A stretch of DNA of 64,000 nucleotides, from positions 2,048 through 66,047 of the forward strand of contig JAJZRQ010000003.1 in assembly GCA_021802585.1 (NCBI GenBank). Direction: 5' to 3'. Made by a program: the position numbers and the translations under genes. Below are positions 1 through 8,286 of this stretch, piece after piece. Positions within the stretch are counted from its first letter, which is position 1. Each line of letters starts with the position of its first letter. This DNA comes from Chloroflexota bacterium. GTDB lineage: Bacteria; Chloroflexota; Limnocylindria; Limnocylindrales; CSP1-4. The notes under the pieces were generated by a model. The model had not been told where the DNA came from. It did not search any database and worked only from the letters and a program-made list of their open reading frames with translations.

Positions 1-398
1 AGTACGTCGTCGTGGCCACGCCCTCCGAGCTGACCCTGGCCACGACCCGCAGGACGCTCGAGCTGCTCCGGCGCCTCCGGCTCCCGGTCCTCGGGCTCGT
101 GGAGAACCTCCGCCGCGATGGGGACGCCGCGGTCGCCGGCCGCCTCGGGACGGCCGGGACGGCCGGGACGGTCCGCACCCTCGGCACCGTCCATCTCGAC
201 GACGCGTACGAGCGAAGCCTCGGGGATCCCGGCCGGCTCGCGACCACCCGGTTCGCCGGGGAGGTCGCCGCCGTCGCCCGGGCGATCGTGGAGATCAGCC
301 CGCCGGCCGATGCCCGACGAGACGGAGGGCCGCCGCCCGGATCGCGTCCCACGGCAGGTCCGTCCACCGCGCCCGATAGGCGACGAGCAGCCCGCTGA
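1..398 (+). CDS. P-loop NTPase, Mrp/MinD/ParA-like, C-terminal fragment (5' end outside the window)
   Basis: The frame is open from the window edge. The translation YVVVATPSELTLATTRRTLELLRRLRLPVLGLVENL resembles the conserved strand-helix-strand segment (..TtP..la..d......l.....vpvlGvVeN.) of Mrp/MinD-type ATPases. The last ~40 codons are low-complexity and overlap the convergent TetR gene, so the 3' end is uncertain. Confidence 0.45.
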   Translation, partial: YVVVATPSELTLATTRRTLELLRRLRLPVLGLVENLRRDGDAAVAGRLGTAGTAGTVRTLGTVHLDDAYERSLGDPGRLATTRFAGEVAAVARAIVEISPPADARRDGGPPPGSRPTAGPSTAPDRRRAAR

Positions 399-951
399 AG
401 AAGGCGGCGTGGAGGGCGGCGAGGACGTCGGGGTCGCCCGGCGCGATCGCGCCCTCCGTCCGCGCCTCGGCGAAGATCCGCCGGAGGCCCGCATGGCGCC
501 GCTCGGCCCGCGCCTCGAGGTCGAGCCCGGCGAGCGCCTCGGCGCCGACATCGCCGGCGAGGCTGCCGAGGACGATCGCCAGCTCCGGGTTCGCGGCGTG
601 GAACGCGATCGTCCGATCGATGAGGAGCTCGAGCTTCCGGCGCGCCGGCCCGTAGCCGTCGGCGACCTCGACGATCGTCGCCTCGAGCCCGTCGAGGCCC
701 TCGCCGAGGATCGCCCGGAGGACCGCCTCCTTCGAGTCGACGTGCCGGTAGACGTTGCCCGGGCTCATCCCCGCCCGCCGGGCGACGTCCGCCACGCGGG
801 TCGCGGCGAACCCCCGCTCAGCGAAGAGCGTCCGCGCGACGTCGAGGATCCGGCGCCGCGCGGCGATCCGCCCCGCGTCGCCGCGGCCGCGCGGGGAACG
901 CCGCGCGGGGGCGGCCAGGGCCAGGTCGGGAGGCGGTTGGTGAATGACCAT
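295..951 (-). CDS. TetR-family transcriptional regulator
   Basis: 218-aa ORF. The N-terminal HTH RRRILDVARTLFAERGFAATRVADVARRAGMSPGNVYRHVDSKEAV is a TetR signature, followed by a helical C-terminal domain. The start codon lies inside a palindrome. Confidence 0.85.
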   Translation of the reverse strand: MVIHQPPPDLALAAPARRSPRGRGDAGRIAARRRILDVARTLFAERGFAATRVADVARRAGMSPGNVYRHVDSKEAVLRAILGEGLDGLEATIVEVADGYGPARRKLELLIDRTIAFHAANPELAIVLGSLAGDVGAEALAGLDLEARAERRHAGLRRIFAEARTEGAIAPGDPDVLAALHAAFFSGLLVAYRARWTDLPWDAIRAAALRLVGHRPAG

Positions 952-988
952 TCACTCATGACCCTATGACTGAACGATGATTCAGTCA
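940..988. promoter_or_regulatory. Two palindromic operator-like sites in the divergent tetR / membrane-protein intergenic region
   Basis: GTGAATG-ac-CATTCAC (940-955, overlapping the tetR start codon) and TGACTGAA-cgatga-TTCAGTCA (967-988). Both sit in a locally AT-richer stretch, as expected for TetR operators. Confidence 0.55.
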
Positions 989-1129
989 AGCGGTCGCCGG
1001 GCGCGGGGCGACGAACGGCACTGGGCGCGGGGCGGGCGCGCGGACGATCCTCGGGCGGGAACGTGGCAGGATGCGCCGGGGCGAGCGCGCTCGACGGTCC
1101 GCCGCTCGCCCGCGGGGGTGCCGCGTCGC

Positions 1130-2059
1130 ATGTCGCACGTCGTCGCGCGCCGGTGGGCACGCGAGGGAACCCGGAGGGGACTGGCCGCGCTGCGCGCCGA
1201 GGCGGTCGGGGTCGTGGTGGCGGCGCTCGTCGTCGGGCTCGTCCTCGCGCTCTCGTCCCCCGCCTCGGCGCCATGGGCGACCGGGCGCGACGCGTACTGC
1301 TACTGGATGCCGTCGCTCGGCGACCCGTACGCCCGGTCCGACTGGACGGCCCCGGTCGCGTACGTCTACTCGCCGGCGTTCCTCCAGGGCCTCGCCCCGC
1401 TCCGGGCCCTCCCGTGGCCGGGCTTCCTCGCCCTCTGGACGGCAGTCCTCCTCCTCGCCGTTCGCTGGCTCACGGGCGCCCGGCTGTGGGTCGCCGGGAT
1501 CGCGTTCGCGACGTTCGAGATCGCGGGCGGCAATATCCACCTCCTCCTCGCGGCGGCGATCGTCGCCGGCTTCCGCTGGCCGGCCGCGTGGGCCTTCGTC
1601 CTCCTCACGAAGGTCACGCCCGGGATCGGCCTCGTGTGGTTCGCGGTCCGCCGCGAGTGGCGGCACCTCGCGATCGCCGGCGCGGCCACGGCCGCCGTCG
1701 CCGGGATCTCGTTCGCGCTCGCCTCCCACGCCTGGCTCGACTGGCTCGCCGTCCTGGCGGAGAGCGCCGGCCGGACGACGGGGACGTGGTCGGCCGTCGG
1801 AATCCCGCTCGCCGTCCGGCTTCCCGTCGCCGTCGCCGTCGTCGCGTGGGGGGCGCGGACCGACCGCCGCTGGACGGTCCTGGTGGGCGCGATGCTCGCG
1901 CTCCCGGCGCTCTGGTACGGCAGCCTGGCCATGCTCCTCGCGGTGATCCCGCTGCGTTCCACGGCGGCGCCCTGGGCGCTCGGCCCGGCCCCGGCGCGGG
2001 CCGGCGTGCCCGCCGTCGCCCCCGCCGCGATCACGACGCCGCACCGGACCTCGGCCTAG
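1130..2059 (+). CDS. Polytopic membrane protein, DUF2029/GT87-like glycosyltransferase family
   Basis: Translation has multiple TM segments and motifs such as VAYVYSPAFLQGLAP and LLTKVTPGIGLVWFAV that I associate with GT87/DUF2029 mannosyltransferase-like proteins. The ORF opens at 977, but the first 51 codons are Arg-rich, so I prefer the ATG at 1130. Confidence 0.55.
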   Translation: MSHVVARRWAREGTRRGLAALRAEAVGVVVAALVVGLVLALSSPASAPWATGRDAYCYWMPSLGDPYARSDWTAPVAYVYSPAFLQGLAPLRALPWPGFLALWTAVLLLAVRWLTGARLWVAGIAFATFEIAGGNIHLLLAAAIVAGFRWPAAWAFVLLTKVTPGIGLVWFAVRREWRHLAIAGAATAAVAGISFALASHAWLDWLAVLAESAGRTTGTWSAVGIPLAVRLPVAVAVVAWGARTDRRWTVLVGAMLALPALWYGSLAMLLAVIPLRSTAAPWALGPAPARAGVPAVAPAAITTPHRTSA

Positions 2060-2372
2060 CGCTCGGCGAACCCGCGGGCCGTCCGGCGCGCGAGCGCGAG
2101 GTCCCGTTCCCGTCGCTGGCCCGGGCCCCGCGCATCACGCCGGAACGACACCCGTTGCCGGGCGGGCGACGACCGTTGCCCGCGTTGCCTCCGACCGTCG
2201 CCGCGATCGCTCCGATCGTCGCCGCGCTTCCCCGCGATCGTCGCCGCGATTCCCCGCGATCGTCGGGTGAAGAACGGTCGCCCGTGCGGTGGTGCCGGGC
2301 CCGCCGGGGGCGGAGAGTGGTCAGCGCACGGGGAGGCACGGCCGCCGCCCGTCGCGACACGAGGTGACACAG

Positions 2373-2675
2373 GTGGACCCGCTCGAGATCTTGCTGGCGA
2401 TCCTCATCTGGCTCCTCGTGCTGGGCTTCGCGCTCGTCCGCGCGCCGGGGACGGGCGGCCGGTCCCAGATCGGGGCCTGGCTCGCCCTCAGCGCCCTGAC
2501 GATGTTCGTCGTGTTCGTCGTCTTCTTCGTCGTCTGCCATGTCCTCCTCTTCACCCTCGGGACGGGCGCGGCGACGGTGGGCGTCGTGGCCGCCGTCGTG
2601 GCGCTCGAGGCGACGCCGATCACGTGGGCGCTCATCCTCCGCCGGCGCGGCCGCGACGCCACGGCGCAGGGATGA
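2373..2675 (+). CDS. Small membrane protein (3 predicted TM helices), unknown function
   Basis: Hydrophobic translation VDPLEILLAILIWLLVLGFALV...MFVVFVVFFVVCHVLLFTLG...VGVVAAVVALEA. GTG start at 2373 is preceded by GAGGTGA. Its stop overlaps the next gene's ATG (ATGA at 2672-2675). Confidence 0.45.
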   Translation: MDPLEILLAILIWLLVLGFALVRAPGTGGRSQIGAWLALSALTMFVVFVVFFVVCHVLLFTLGTGAATVGVVAAVVALEATPITWALILRRRGRDATAQG

Positions 2676-3403
2676 GCGGGCCGGACGGCCCGGGCACGAG
2701 CGGCGTGAGCGACGCGACGCCGGGCGGCGGTCCGCGCCTCGGGATCCTCCTCGCGATCTTCGACTTCCCGGCCCTCGTCGCCGGGTATCGCGCGGTGATC
2801 GAGGCCCAGCCCGACATGCGCGTCGTGGGCGTCGTCGACGACCGCGCGTCGCTCCGTGAGCAGGCTGCCCGGACCCCCGCCGACATCGTGATCTCGGAGT
2901 GCGTCCCGGGCTCCGGGTCGGGCTGCGCGTCGTTCGAGGCGATCGAGGCGATCCGGGCGGCAGCCCCGGGGACGCGGATCCTCGCCGTGGAGTGCCGCTG
3001 CGCGAGCGAGCAGTTCTCGCGGGCTCTCCGGGCCGGCGCGGACGGCTACCTCACCCGCGAGGCGGCCGTGGGCGACGTCGTCGAGGCGATCCACCGCCTT
3101 GCCCGCGGGGAGACGTACGTGAGCCCGGCGATCGTCACCCGGATGGTGGACACGTACGTCCGGCGCACGCCCGAGGCGACCGCCGACGACGTGTACGACG
3201 CCCTGAGCGAGCGGTCCCGCGAGGTCCTCCGCCTCGCCGCGTACGGTCACACGAACCGCGAGATCGCGCTGGCGCTGAACCTCTCGGAGCAGACGGTCCA
3301 CAGCCACCGCGCGGCGATCATGGCGAAGCTCGGGTTCCGCGACCGGGTGGAGCTCCTCCGCTACGCTCTCCGGCGCGGCGTGATCCAGGCCGCCGAGCTG
3401 TGA
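2672..3403 (+). CDS. LuxR/NarL-family regulator with atypical (Asp-less, Cys-bearing) receiver domain
   Basis: The C-terminal HTH LSERSREVLRLAAYGHTNREIALALNLSEQTVHSHRAAIMAKLG is LuxR-type. The N-terminal receiver-like fold has FDF in place of the DD pair and ISECVPGSGSGC in place of the phospho-Asp strand. It also has AVECRC at the T/S position and LTR at the Lys position. Confidence 0.85.
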   Translation: MSGPDGPGTSGVSDATPGGGPRLGILLAIFDFPALVAGYRAVIEAQPDMRVVGVVDDRASLREQAARTPADIVISECVPGSGSGCASFEAIEAIRAAAPGTRILAVECRCASEQFSRALRAGADGYLTREAAVGDVVEAIHRLARGETYVSPAIVTRMVDTYVRRTPEATADDVYDALSERSREVLRLAAYGHTNREIALALNLSEQTVHSHRAAIMAKLGFRDRVELLRYALRRGVIQAAEL

Positions 3404-3408
3404 CCGGC

Positions 3409-3486
3409 CCGATGCCCGACCCCGCGCCGGCGCACGACCCGATGCCCGACCCCGCGCCGGCGCACGACCCGGTGCCGGCGCACGAC
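3409..3486. repeat. 30-bp in-frame tandem repeat (2 copies plus a partial third) encoding PMPDPAPAHD
   Basis: ccgatgcccgaccccgcgccggcgcacgac occurs at 3409-3438 and 3439-3468, followed by a shortened third copy. Confidence 0.8.
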
Positions 3487-4275
3487 CCGCTGCCGGCGCT
3501 GGCGGCCGACGCGTCGCTCGACCGCCCGGCGGGCGCCCTCGACTCCGCTCCGGCGCCCCACTCCGCTCCGGCGCCCGACTCCGCTCAGGTGCGCCTCGCC
3601 GGCGCCCGGCGCGTCCTCCGCCGCCTCCGCCCGACGACCCGCCGCGGCGCGCTGCGGCTCGGGATCGCCGGCGCCGGCCTCGTGGCCCTCCTCGGCGTCG
3701 GCGCGGTCGGGATCGCGATCGCCGTGCCCTGGGCCTATGGCGAGTATGGCTTCCACCCGGAGCGGAACGCGCAGTCATGGGCGGCCCTCACGCCCCGCTA
3801 CGCGGACTCGACCCTCTGCCAGCGCTGCCACACCGCCGAGTTCTCCCCCTGGCAGGCCGCGCCGCACGCGGTCGTGACCTGCGAGAGCTGCCATGGGCCG
3901 CTCGGCGAGCACGCCGCGACCGCGCCCGTCCCGGCGACCGACGCGAACGTCGTCGTCGGTGCTCTGCCGGGGACGATCGCCGAGCCGCGCCCCGACCTCT
4001 GCGTCGTCTGCCACGAGCGGATCGCCGGGCGGCCCGCGGCGTTCCCCCAGGTGACGCTCACCGAGCACTACGGCGGGGCGACCTGCCGCGCCTGCCACGA
4101 CCCGCACACGGCGACGGCCGCGACCCCGCCCGACATCTCGCACCCGCTGGCGAAGCTGCCCGCGTGCGTCGTGTGCCACGCGCCGGCCGGCCTCAAGCCG
4201 CTCCCGGCCGGGCACGTCGAATCCCCCGACGCCGTCTGCCGGTCCTGCCATCGGGCCGCGGGCCCGGGCGACTAG
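3412..4275 (+). CDS. Membrane-anchored hexaheme c-type cytochrome
   Basis: Six CxxCH motifs (CQRCH, CESCH, CVVCH, CRACH, CVVCH, CRSCH) follow a Pro/Ala-rich repeat region and one TM helix (LRLGIAGAGLVALLGVGAVGIAIAV). An alternative GTG start at 3400 overlaps the upstream stop. Confidence 0.85.
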   Translation: MPDPAPAHDPMPDPAPAHDPVPAHDPLPALAADASLDRPAGALDSAPAPHSAPAPDSAQVRLAGARRVLRRLRPTTRRGALRLGIAGAGLVALLGVGAVGIAIAVPWAYGEYGFHPERNAQSWAALTPRYADSTLCQRCHTAEFSPWQAAPHAVVTCESCHGPLGEHAATAPVPATDANVVVGALPGTIAEPRPDLCVVCHERIAGRPAAFPQVTLTEHYGGATCRACHDPHTATAATPPDISHPLAKLPACVVCHAPAGLKPLPAGHVESPDAVCRSCHRAAGPGD

Positions 4276-4285
4276 GAGCGTCCCG

Positions 4286-5149
4286 ATGAGCGATCGCGAC
4301 ATGATGCCGGGCGACGGGCGGCCGAGGGGCGGCGCGGGGCTTTCCCGGCGACGGGTGCTCCAGGGCGGCCTGGCGGCCCTCCCCGCGCTCCTCGGCGCGC
4401 GGATCCTCGCGGGCGAGGGCCCGGCCGGCGCGGGGACGACCGCGCGGGCGGCGGAGCCCCCGACGCCGCCGGCCCACGACCCGACGGCCCACGACTGGGC
4501 ATTCGTCATGGACACGACGACGTGCATCGGCTGCGGCCGCTGCGTCGAGGCGTGCAAGCTCGAGAACGACGTCCCCGCGGAGCCGGAGACGAACCGGACG
4601 TGGGTCGAGCTCCACGTCCTCGGCCGCGACGGGAGCGTCGCCGTCACGTCGCCCGACGGCGGCATCGGCAGCTTCCCGGCGGGCGAGGCGGCGATCCCCG
4701 CCGAGGCCGTCGCGAACGCGTACTTCGTGCCCCGGACGTGCATGCAGTGCGAGAACCCGCCCTGCACGTGGGTCTGCCCGGTGAGCGCAACGTACGTGAC
4801 CCCCGACGGCGTCGTCCTCGTCGACGAGGGACGGTGCATCGGCTGCGGCTACTGCCTCGAGGCCTGCCCGTACGGGGCCCGCTACATGGTCCCGGCCGGC
4901 GAGCAGACCCCGAAGGGGACTGCCGGCGTCGTCGACAAGTGCACGTTCTGCTACCACCGGATCAGCCGCGGGAAGCTCCCGGCGTGCGCCGAGGTCTGCC
5001 CGGTGAACGCCCGGATCTTCGGCGACCGGAACGACCCGGCGAGCGCCGTGAGCGTCGCGCTCACCGAGCGGCGCGTCCGGGCGATGAAGCCGTCGCTCGG
5101 GACGCGGCCCCGCGTCTTCTACACCGGGCTCGAAGGCGAGGTGGAGTGA
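4286..5149 (+). CDS. Tat-exported 4Fe-4S ferredoxin-type subunit (NrfC/PsrB/HybA-like)
   Basis: Twin-arginine signal SRRRVLQGG. Cys clusters CIGCGRCVEAC, CMQCENPPC, CIGCGYCLEAC and CTFCYHR...C..VC are typical of the four-cluster iron-sulfur subunits that partner NrfD-type membrane proteins. Confidence 0.9.
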   Translation: MSDRDMMPGDGRPRGGAGLSRRRVLQGGLAALPALLGARILAGEGPAGAGTTARAAEPPTPPAHDPTAHDWAFVMDTTTCIGCGRCVEACKLENDVPAEPETNRTWVELHVLGRDGSVAVTSPDGGIGSFPAGEAAIPAEAVANAYFVPRTCMQCENPPCTWVCPVSATYVTPDGVVLVDEGRCIGCGYCLEACPYGARYMVPAGEQTPKGTAGVVDKCTFCYHRISRGKLPACAEVCPVNARIFGDRNDPASAVSVALTERRVRAMKPSLGTRPRVFYTGLEGEVE

Positions 5150-6543
5150 TGTCCGTCCACGTCGCCGGCCGGTCCCTGGACCCCAGCCCGCGCGCCGTCC
5201 TCCGGGCCCTCGGAGCCGAGGTCGCCGCCACGCCACGGGCCCTGAAGCTGTGGCTCGGCCTCCTCCTCGTCATGTGCGGGATCGGGGCGGGGGGGGCGGT
5301 CCTCAGCCTGCCGCCCGGGTGGGAGGTCCTCGGCACCTCCCCGAGCTTCGAGTGGGGGATCCTCATCACCGCGTACGTCTTCTTCGCGATCACGACGAGC
5401 GGCCTCTGCCTCGCCTCCTCGCTCGGGACCGTCTTCGGGGTCGAGATGTTCCTGCCCCTCGAGAAGCGTCACGCGATCCTCGCCCTCCTGAGCCTCGTCA
5501 CCGCGTTCGGGATCATCGCCCTCGACCTCCACTACCCGGTGCGGATGGTCTTCGGGGCCGTCCTCAGCCCGTCGCCCCTCTCGCCGATGTGGTGGATGGG
5601 CGTGTTCTACGGCATCTACCTCGTCTTCCTCGTGACCGAGGTCTGGAGCATGTTCACGGGGCGGTGGGGGATCCACCGGATCGCCTGCATCCTGTCCTCG
5701 ATCACCGCGGTCCTCGCGCCCACGACCCTCGGCGCGGTCTTCGGGATCCTCGCCGCGCGGTCGTTCTGGCACGGCGCGTTCACCCCGCCGGCGATGGTCG
5801 CCACGGCCCTCCTGTCGGGCGTCGCGCTCCTCGGGATCGTCTTCGCGCTCGTCCACCACTACCGGCTCACCGGCCACGAGCGGGCGGGCACGCTCGCGAT
5901 CCCCGCGATCCGGCTCCTCCTCGCGATCATGCTGCCGGTGACGGTCCTCGTCGTCGCCTGGCAGATGATGTTCGGCCTCTACGGCGCCGTCCCCGGCCTC
6001 GCGGACGCGACCGCGGCGATCCTCGTCGGGCCGCTCGCGCCGCTCTTCTGGATCGGCCGCGTCGTCATCGGGCTCGCGCTCCCGATCGGCCTCCTCCTCT
6101 GGCCCCGGACGCGGACGACGCCCGGCCTCTTCGCGGCGTCCTGCCTGACGTTCGTCGGGATCGCCGTCGACCGGACGGTCTTCGTGGCTGCGGGCCAGGT
6201 CGTCCCGAACTCGGCCGTCGCCGGAACCGTCTCCACGCCGTTCGCGGAGTACGTCCCGTCGCTCGTCGAGATCGCCGTCGTCGTCGGCGCGTTCGGCTTC
6301 TTCGGGCTCGTCTACACGCTCGCCGAGCGCTACCTCCCGATGGACGAGCATCGCGGCCACCTCGCGGGGGCGTTCCTCGGGACGAGCGCGCCGGTCCTCG
6401 CGCCGGAGCCGGTCCTCGCGCCGGAGCCGGTCCTCATCGCCGCCGCGACCGGCCCCGATGGGCCCGCGCCCGAGCCGCCGGATCCGGACGCGGACGCCGC
6501 CCTCGCCGCGTCGGCGGCCGGCTGGCCCGGAGGCGCGACGTGA
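5149..6543 (+). CDS. NrfD/PsrC-family polytopic membrane quinol-interacting subunit
   Basis: 464 aa with about 10 hydrophobic helices. The start overlaps the upstream stop (TGATG at 5147-5151) and the end overlaps the next start. Its genomic position after an NrfC-like gene supports the call. Confidence 0.8.
   Translation: MSVHVAGRSLDPSPRAVLRALGAEVAATPRALKLWLGLLLVMCGIGAGGAVLSLPPGWEVLGTSPSFEWGILITAYVFFAITTSGLCLASSLGTVFGVEMFLPLEKRHAILALLSLVTAFGIIALDLHYPVRMVFGAVLSPSPLSPMWWMGVFYGIYLVFLVTEVWSMFTGRWGIHRIACILSSITAVLAPTTLGAVFGILAARSFWHGAFTPPAMVATALLSGVALLGIVFALVHHYRLTGHERAGTLAIPAIRLLLAIMLPVTVLVVAWQMMFGLYGAVPGLADATAAILVGPLAPLFWIGRVVIGLALPIGLLLWPRTRTTPGLFAASCLTFVGIAVDRTVFVAAGQVVPNSAVAGTVSTPFAEYVPSLVEIAVVVGAFGFFGLVYTLAERYLPMDEHRGHLAGAFLGTSAPVLAPEPVLAPEPVLIAAATGPDGPAPEPPDPDADAALAASAAGWPGGAT
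6400..6435. repeat. 18-bp in-frame tandem repeat (APEPVL x2) in the NrfD-like C-terminal tail
   Basis: gcgccggagccggtcctc is repeated at 6400-6417 and 6418-6435. Confidence 0.75.
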
Positions 6544-7346
6544 GCGGCCGCCGGTTCGGCCGCCTCGTCCTCGGCCTGGTCGCGGCGGTCGCGGCCGTCG
6601 CCTTCGGCGTCGCGCTCGGCCTCGGCGTCATCCGGTCGGGCGTCCTCCAGGCAGGTCTCGGGCCGGGACCGACGACGTCGCCGTCGCCGACCCCTGCCCT
6701 CACCGCTCCCGCCGGGAGCCCGGGACCGATCGGCGGCACGCCGTCGCCGAAGCCGCCGGCCGTCGCCCTCGAGATGCCAGCGGGCTCGAACTGCCTCGCC
6801 TGCCACACGACCGCCGACGGCGGCGTCGGGAACGTCCCGATCCCACCGATCGGGCACCCCCTCGAGGGCTGGACGGCGTGCCTCTCCTGCCACGCCAGCG
6901 ACCGGCTCGTGCAGACGGCGCCCGGCCACGTGGGGATCCACGCCGACCAGTGCCTCCTCTGCCACACGGCGACGACCCCGGCGGCGGAGTCCCGGCCGCA
7001 CTCGACCCACCGGAACGTGGCGTGCCTCTCCTGCCACGGCTCGAAGGCGCCGCTCCCGGCGAGCATGCAGAACCGCTCCGAGAGCACCTGCTGGCTCTGC
7101 CACCAGGGGTCGTCGCAGGAGGCCCCGCTCTACCTCCACCCGACGCCCGCCGACGGCCAGTGCCTCACGTGCCACGTCGCCGGCAAGGTCGGGGCGCTCC
7201 CCCGCGACCACGCGGACCGGACGAACGACATGTGCACCGCCTGCCACGCGCCGGCGACGACGACCGCGGTGAAGGCGCCACACGACCTCGCGTCGCGCGA
7301 GGGGATGTGCACGTTCTGCCACGGGGAGTCGAGCGGGCGCCAGTAG
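6540..7346 (+). CDS. Membrane-anchored octaheme c-type cytochrome
   Basis: Eight CxxCH motifs (CLACH, CLSCH, CLLCH, CLSCH, CWLCH, CLTCH, CTACH, CTFCH). N-terminal TM anchor FGRLVLGLVAAVAAVAFGVALGLGV. The GTG start overlaps the upstream stop (GTGA at 6540-6543). Confidence 0.85.
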   Translation: MSGRRFGRLVLGLVAAVAAVAFGVALGLGVIRSGVLQAGLGPGPTTSPSPTPALTAPAGSPGPIGGTPSPKPPAVALEMPAGSNCLACHTTADGGVGNVPIPPIGHPLEGWTACLSCHASDRLVQTAPGHVGIHADQCLLCHTATTPAAESRPHSTHRNVACLSCHGSKAPLPASMQNRSESTCWLCHQGSSQEAPLYLHPTPADGQCLTCHVAGKVGALPRDHADRTNDMCTACHAPATTTAVKAPHDLASREGMCTFCHGESSGRQ

Positions 7347-7541
7347 GACGGCGGACCCGGCGCCGGGCACGGGACCGGCACGCCCTCGGGCGTCGACGAG
7401 GGCCCCACGTCCCTCGCGCCGTGGGCCACACGGATCGCGCAACGCGACCGATGGCCCTACGCCCACCCCACCCCCGTCGGCGGATAGTGGCACGAGCGTC
7501 CCGGCGCGGCATCGGCGCGCGATGCACGACGGTGAGGTGAC

Positions 7542-8246
7542 GTGAGCACGAGCGGGAGCATCCCGGGGAGCGGACGGCAGCTCGGCGTCCTCCTCGCGAT
7601 CTTCGACTTCCCCATGCTCAACGTCGGGCTCCGCGAGGTGATCGACGCCGAGCCGGACATGCGCGTGCTCGGCGAGGCCTCGAGCCGCGAGGCGATGCGC
7701 GAGGAGGTCCTCGCGTCGGGCGCCGACGTCGTCGTCACCGAGTGCCTCCCGTACGACCACTCCGGCTGCACCTCGTTTCAGATGATCGAGGCGATCCGCG
7801 CGGCGAAGCCGGGGATCCGGATCCTCGCCGTCGAGTGCCGCTGCTCGAGCGAGCAGTTCTCCCTGGCGATCAAGGCCGGCGCCGACGGCTTCCTCACCCG
7901 CGAGGCCCAGGTGTCGGACTTCGTGACCGCGATCCGCTCGATCAGCCGCGGGCAGACGTACGTGAGCCCCTCGATCGTGACCCGGATGGTCAACACGTAC
8001 GTCCTGAAGACGCCCGGCGGCACGCTCGAGGACCCGTACGAGACCCTGAGCGAGCGCGAGCGCGAGGTCATGCTCCTCGCCGCGGTCGGCCACACGAACC
8101 GGGAGATCGCCCGGACGCTCCACCTCGCCGAGCAGACCGTCCACAACTACCGGGCCAACGTCATGGAGAAGCTCGGCTTCCACGACCGGGTCGAGCTCCT
8201 CAAGTACGCGATCCGCCGCGGCCTCATCGACGTGGCGGACCTGTAG
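7542..8246 (+). CDS. LuxR/NarL-family regulator, paralog of 2672-3403 with the same atypical Cys-bearing receiver
   Basis: It aligns by eye along its full length with the 2672-3403 product. It conserves FDF, TECLPYDHSGC, AVECRC and LTR, plus the LuxR HTH LSEREREVMLLAAVGHTNREIARTLHLAEQTVHNYRANVMEKLG. Confidence 0.85.
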   Translation: MSTSGSIPGSGRQLGVLLAIFDFPMLNVGLREVIDAEPDMRVLGEASSREAMREEVLASGADVVVTECLPYDHSGCTSFQMIEAIRAAKPGIRILAVECRCSSEQFSLAIKAGADGFLTREAQVSDFVTAIRSISRGQTYVSPSIVTRMVNTYVLKTPGGTLEDPYETLSEREREVMLLAAVGHTNREIARTLHLAEQTVHNYRANVMEKLGFHDRVELLKYAIRRGLIDVADL

Positions 8247-8279
8247 GGGGACGCAGGCCGCCACGCGTCCCCCTTCTTC
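8246..8279. terminator. Bidirectional intrinsic-terminator-like hairpin between convergent genes
   Basis: GGGGGACGC-aggccgccac-GCGTCCCCC followed by TTCTTC. It lies directly after the LuxR stop and before the convergent MFS stop. Confidence 0.6.
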
Positions 8280-8286
8280 AGGACAT

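Noticed and set aside
3412-7346. NrfA-type nitrite reductase or other catalytic cytochrome in the multiheme cluster
   Set aside because: All 14 heme motifs are CxxCH. There is no CxxCK and no additional catalytic domain, so the cytochromes are called electron carriers only.
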